Shown one piece after another: positions 45,242-46,346 of a DNA stretch of 46,346 nt. Made by a program: the position numbers and the translations under genes. Location of the stretch: NCBI GenBank assembly GCA_032718475.1, contig JAUCBJ010006609.1:1-46346 (forward strand), given 5' to 3'. Below the pieces are notes generated by a model. It did no database searches, had not been told where the DNA came from, and saw only the letters and a list, made by a program, of their open reading frames with translations. Within the stretch, counting starts at the first letter, position 1, and the number at the start of each line of letters is the position of its first letter. This DNA comes from Nemertoderma westbladi. Lineage: Eukaryota; Animalia; Xenacoelomorpha.

Positions 45242-46346
45242 GTTTACTCTAAGCATGTAATGTGATGGGGTAATATAATTGTTTTAATGTCAATAAAAAT
45301 AATAAAAACATTAAAATCTATTTTTTAATATCTCAGTTTGACTGAAGGTGTAGGGCTTAAGTTTACACTCACAAACACACCGTACCTACCGGTAGCCGGC
45401 TGTTGTATCAGAGTTTAACTACCAGTAGCGAGCAGATTTTACTACACATACAGACAACGCTAAACTGTAGAATAGCAGAATGGCTCCCCTCTAGACTGAC
45501 AGCAACCACCGCGCTTTAGCAATACTTACTAATAATAAAATTAAATTAACTCGACATGTGTGGTTCGTGAATGCAGTATTAGAGAAGGCCCACCTAACAA
45601 TAGGCCTACTGGTACCGGCCCAGTAGCACTCTTGTAACTGTATACTTGGATAGAGCAAGAGCCTGATGGTTTCTTCGATTTTTAAGGATTAGGCTATTAC
45701 ACTTGAATGCTTCCAATTTTCTGTTTACAACTTTAATTGGTCTAATCTACATTACTGTGGGCTACTACTGTTGTATAGGTAAGCCTATACAGCAATAGTT
45801 AACTTTATGCGGCCCCCTTTTTCGAATGTTGACTCAATATGCTTTATGGTTAACCTTTAGAACACGCGGATAGGCATATAGGCCTAATGACTACTCCTCA
45901 ACTGAAAGCCACCTACCACATTGATACAATAGGTGTGGTTAGGCGTCGGTAGCGCTATAGGCCCTATAAAATACCCTCGCACTCTGTTACTCTCGCTGAT
46001 ACAATAGGTGTGGTTTGAGGTATAACTAAATAAAATCCACCACATTCTCTGGTTACTAACATTCACTCTATGTTAACGGTCCTATATAAAACATAGTTAG
46101 TTAGTTAGTTAGTTTTTTTTTTATTTATGTGTCCGGTTTTTAAATTAAATTATATATAATATAGACATACACAGACCGGTAACATTTAGGTCTACTTTAT
46201 AAATGCAGAAATGAGTATGAGTGTACGGGTGTACCGGTGTACTAGTTAGATACCAGTATCCATCTATGAAAAATGTTGATGATTAGGCCTATTATTATTA
46301 CAGGTAGGCATTGCTAGTTTAATTTCTTTCCAAATAGTCTCTACCA

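Larger units (their letters stand above)
33824..45300 (+). mobile_element. Endogenous Polinton/Maverick (adintovirus-like) gene module, partly decayed; boundaries uncertain
   Basis: Co-directional, tightly packed ATPase, rve integrase, minor and major jelly-roll capsids and adenain-like protease. AGTAGTAG at 33824 is only a candidate left terminus; no matching right TIR and no pPolB were seen in the window. Confidence 0.9.

Noticed and set aside
45880-46115. Right TIR of the Polinton (ACTACT at ~45890; (TTAG)n mirroring (CTAA)n at ~34075)
   Set aside because: No extended reverse-complement match to 33824 onward. The microsatellite match is uninformative, and the duplicated GATACAATAGGTGTGGTT is unassigned.

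Overview
AT-rich eukaryotic (animal, probably invertebrate) genomic DNA made almost entirely of nested mobile elements. From left to right: a three-exon OB-fold gene (1211-2767, -); tandem non-autonomous Helitrons, one carrying a ~146-bp repeat array with a CTCF-like motif (~3584-6462); a disrupted intronless WD40-CARD gene (7056-8412, -); a decayed CR1/L2-group (Crack-like) LINE with a 2A-like peptide (10779-13705, -); a young full-length 16-kb BEL/Pao LTR retrotransposon (14874-30885; 1198-bp LTRs, AAAAC target-site duplication, intact 2701-aa Gag-Pol, decayed accessory ORF) inserted into a duplicated ~1.45-kb segment whose empty copy is also in the window; and an endogenous Polinton/Maverick (adintovirus-like) gene module (~34.6-45.2 kb: RING, packaging ATPase, integrase, two minor capsid paralogues, major capsid, adenain-like protease), interrupted by a 5'-truncated L2-like LINE and with no DNA polymerase in the window. 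The most striking observation is that the BEL element lacks a tRNA-type primer-binding site. The 12 nt after its 5' LTR are instead exactly complementary to a 12-mer inside the LTR, in the geometry of Tf1-type self-priming. All calls come from reading the sequence by eye; no database searches were run.
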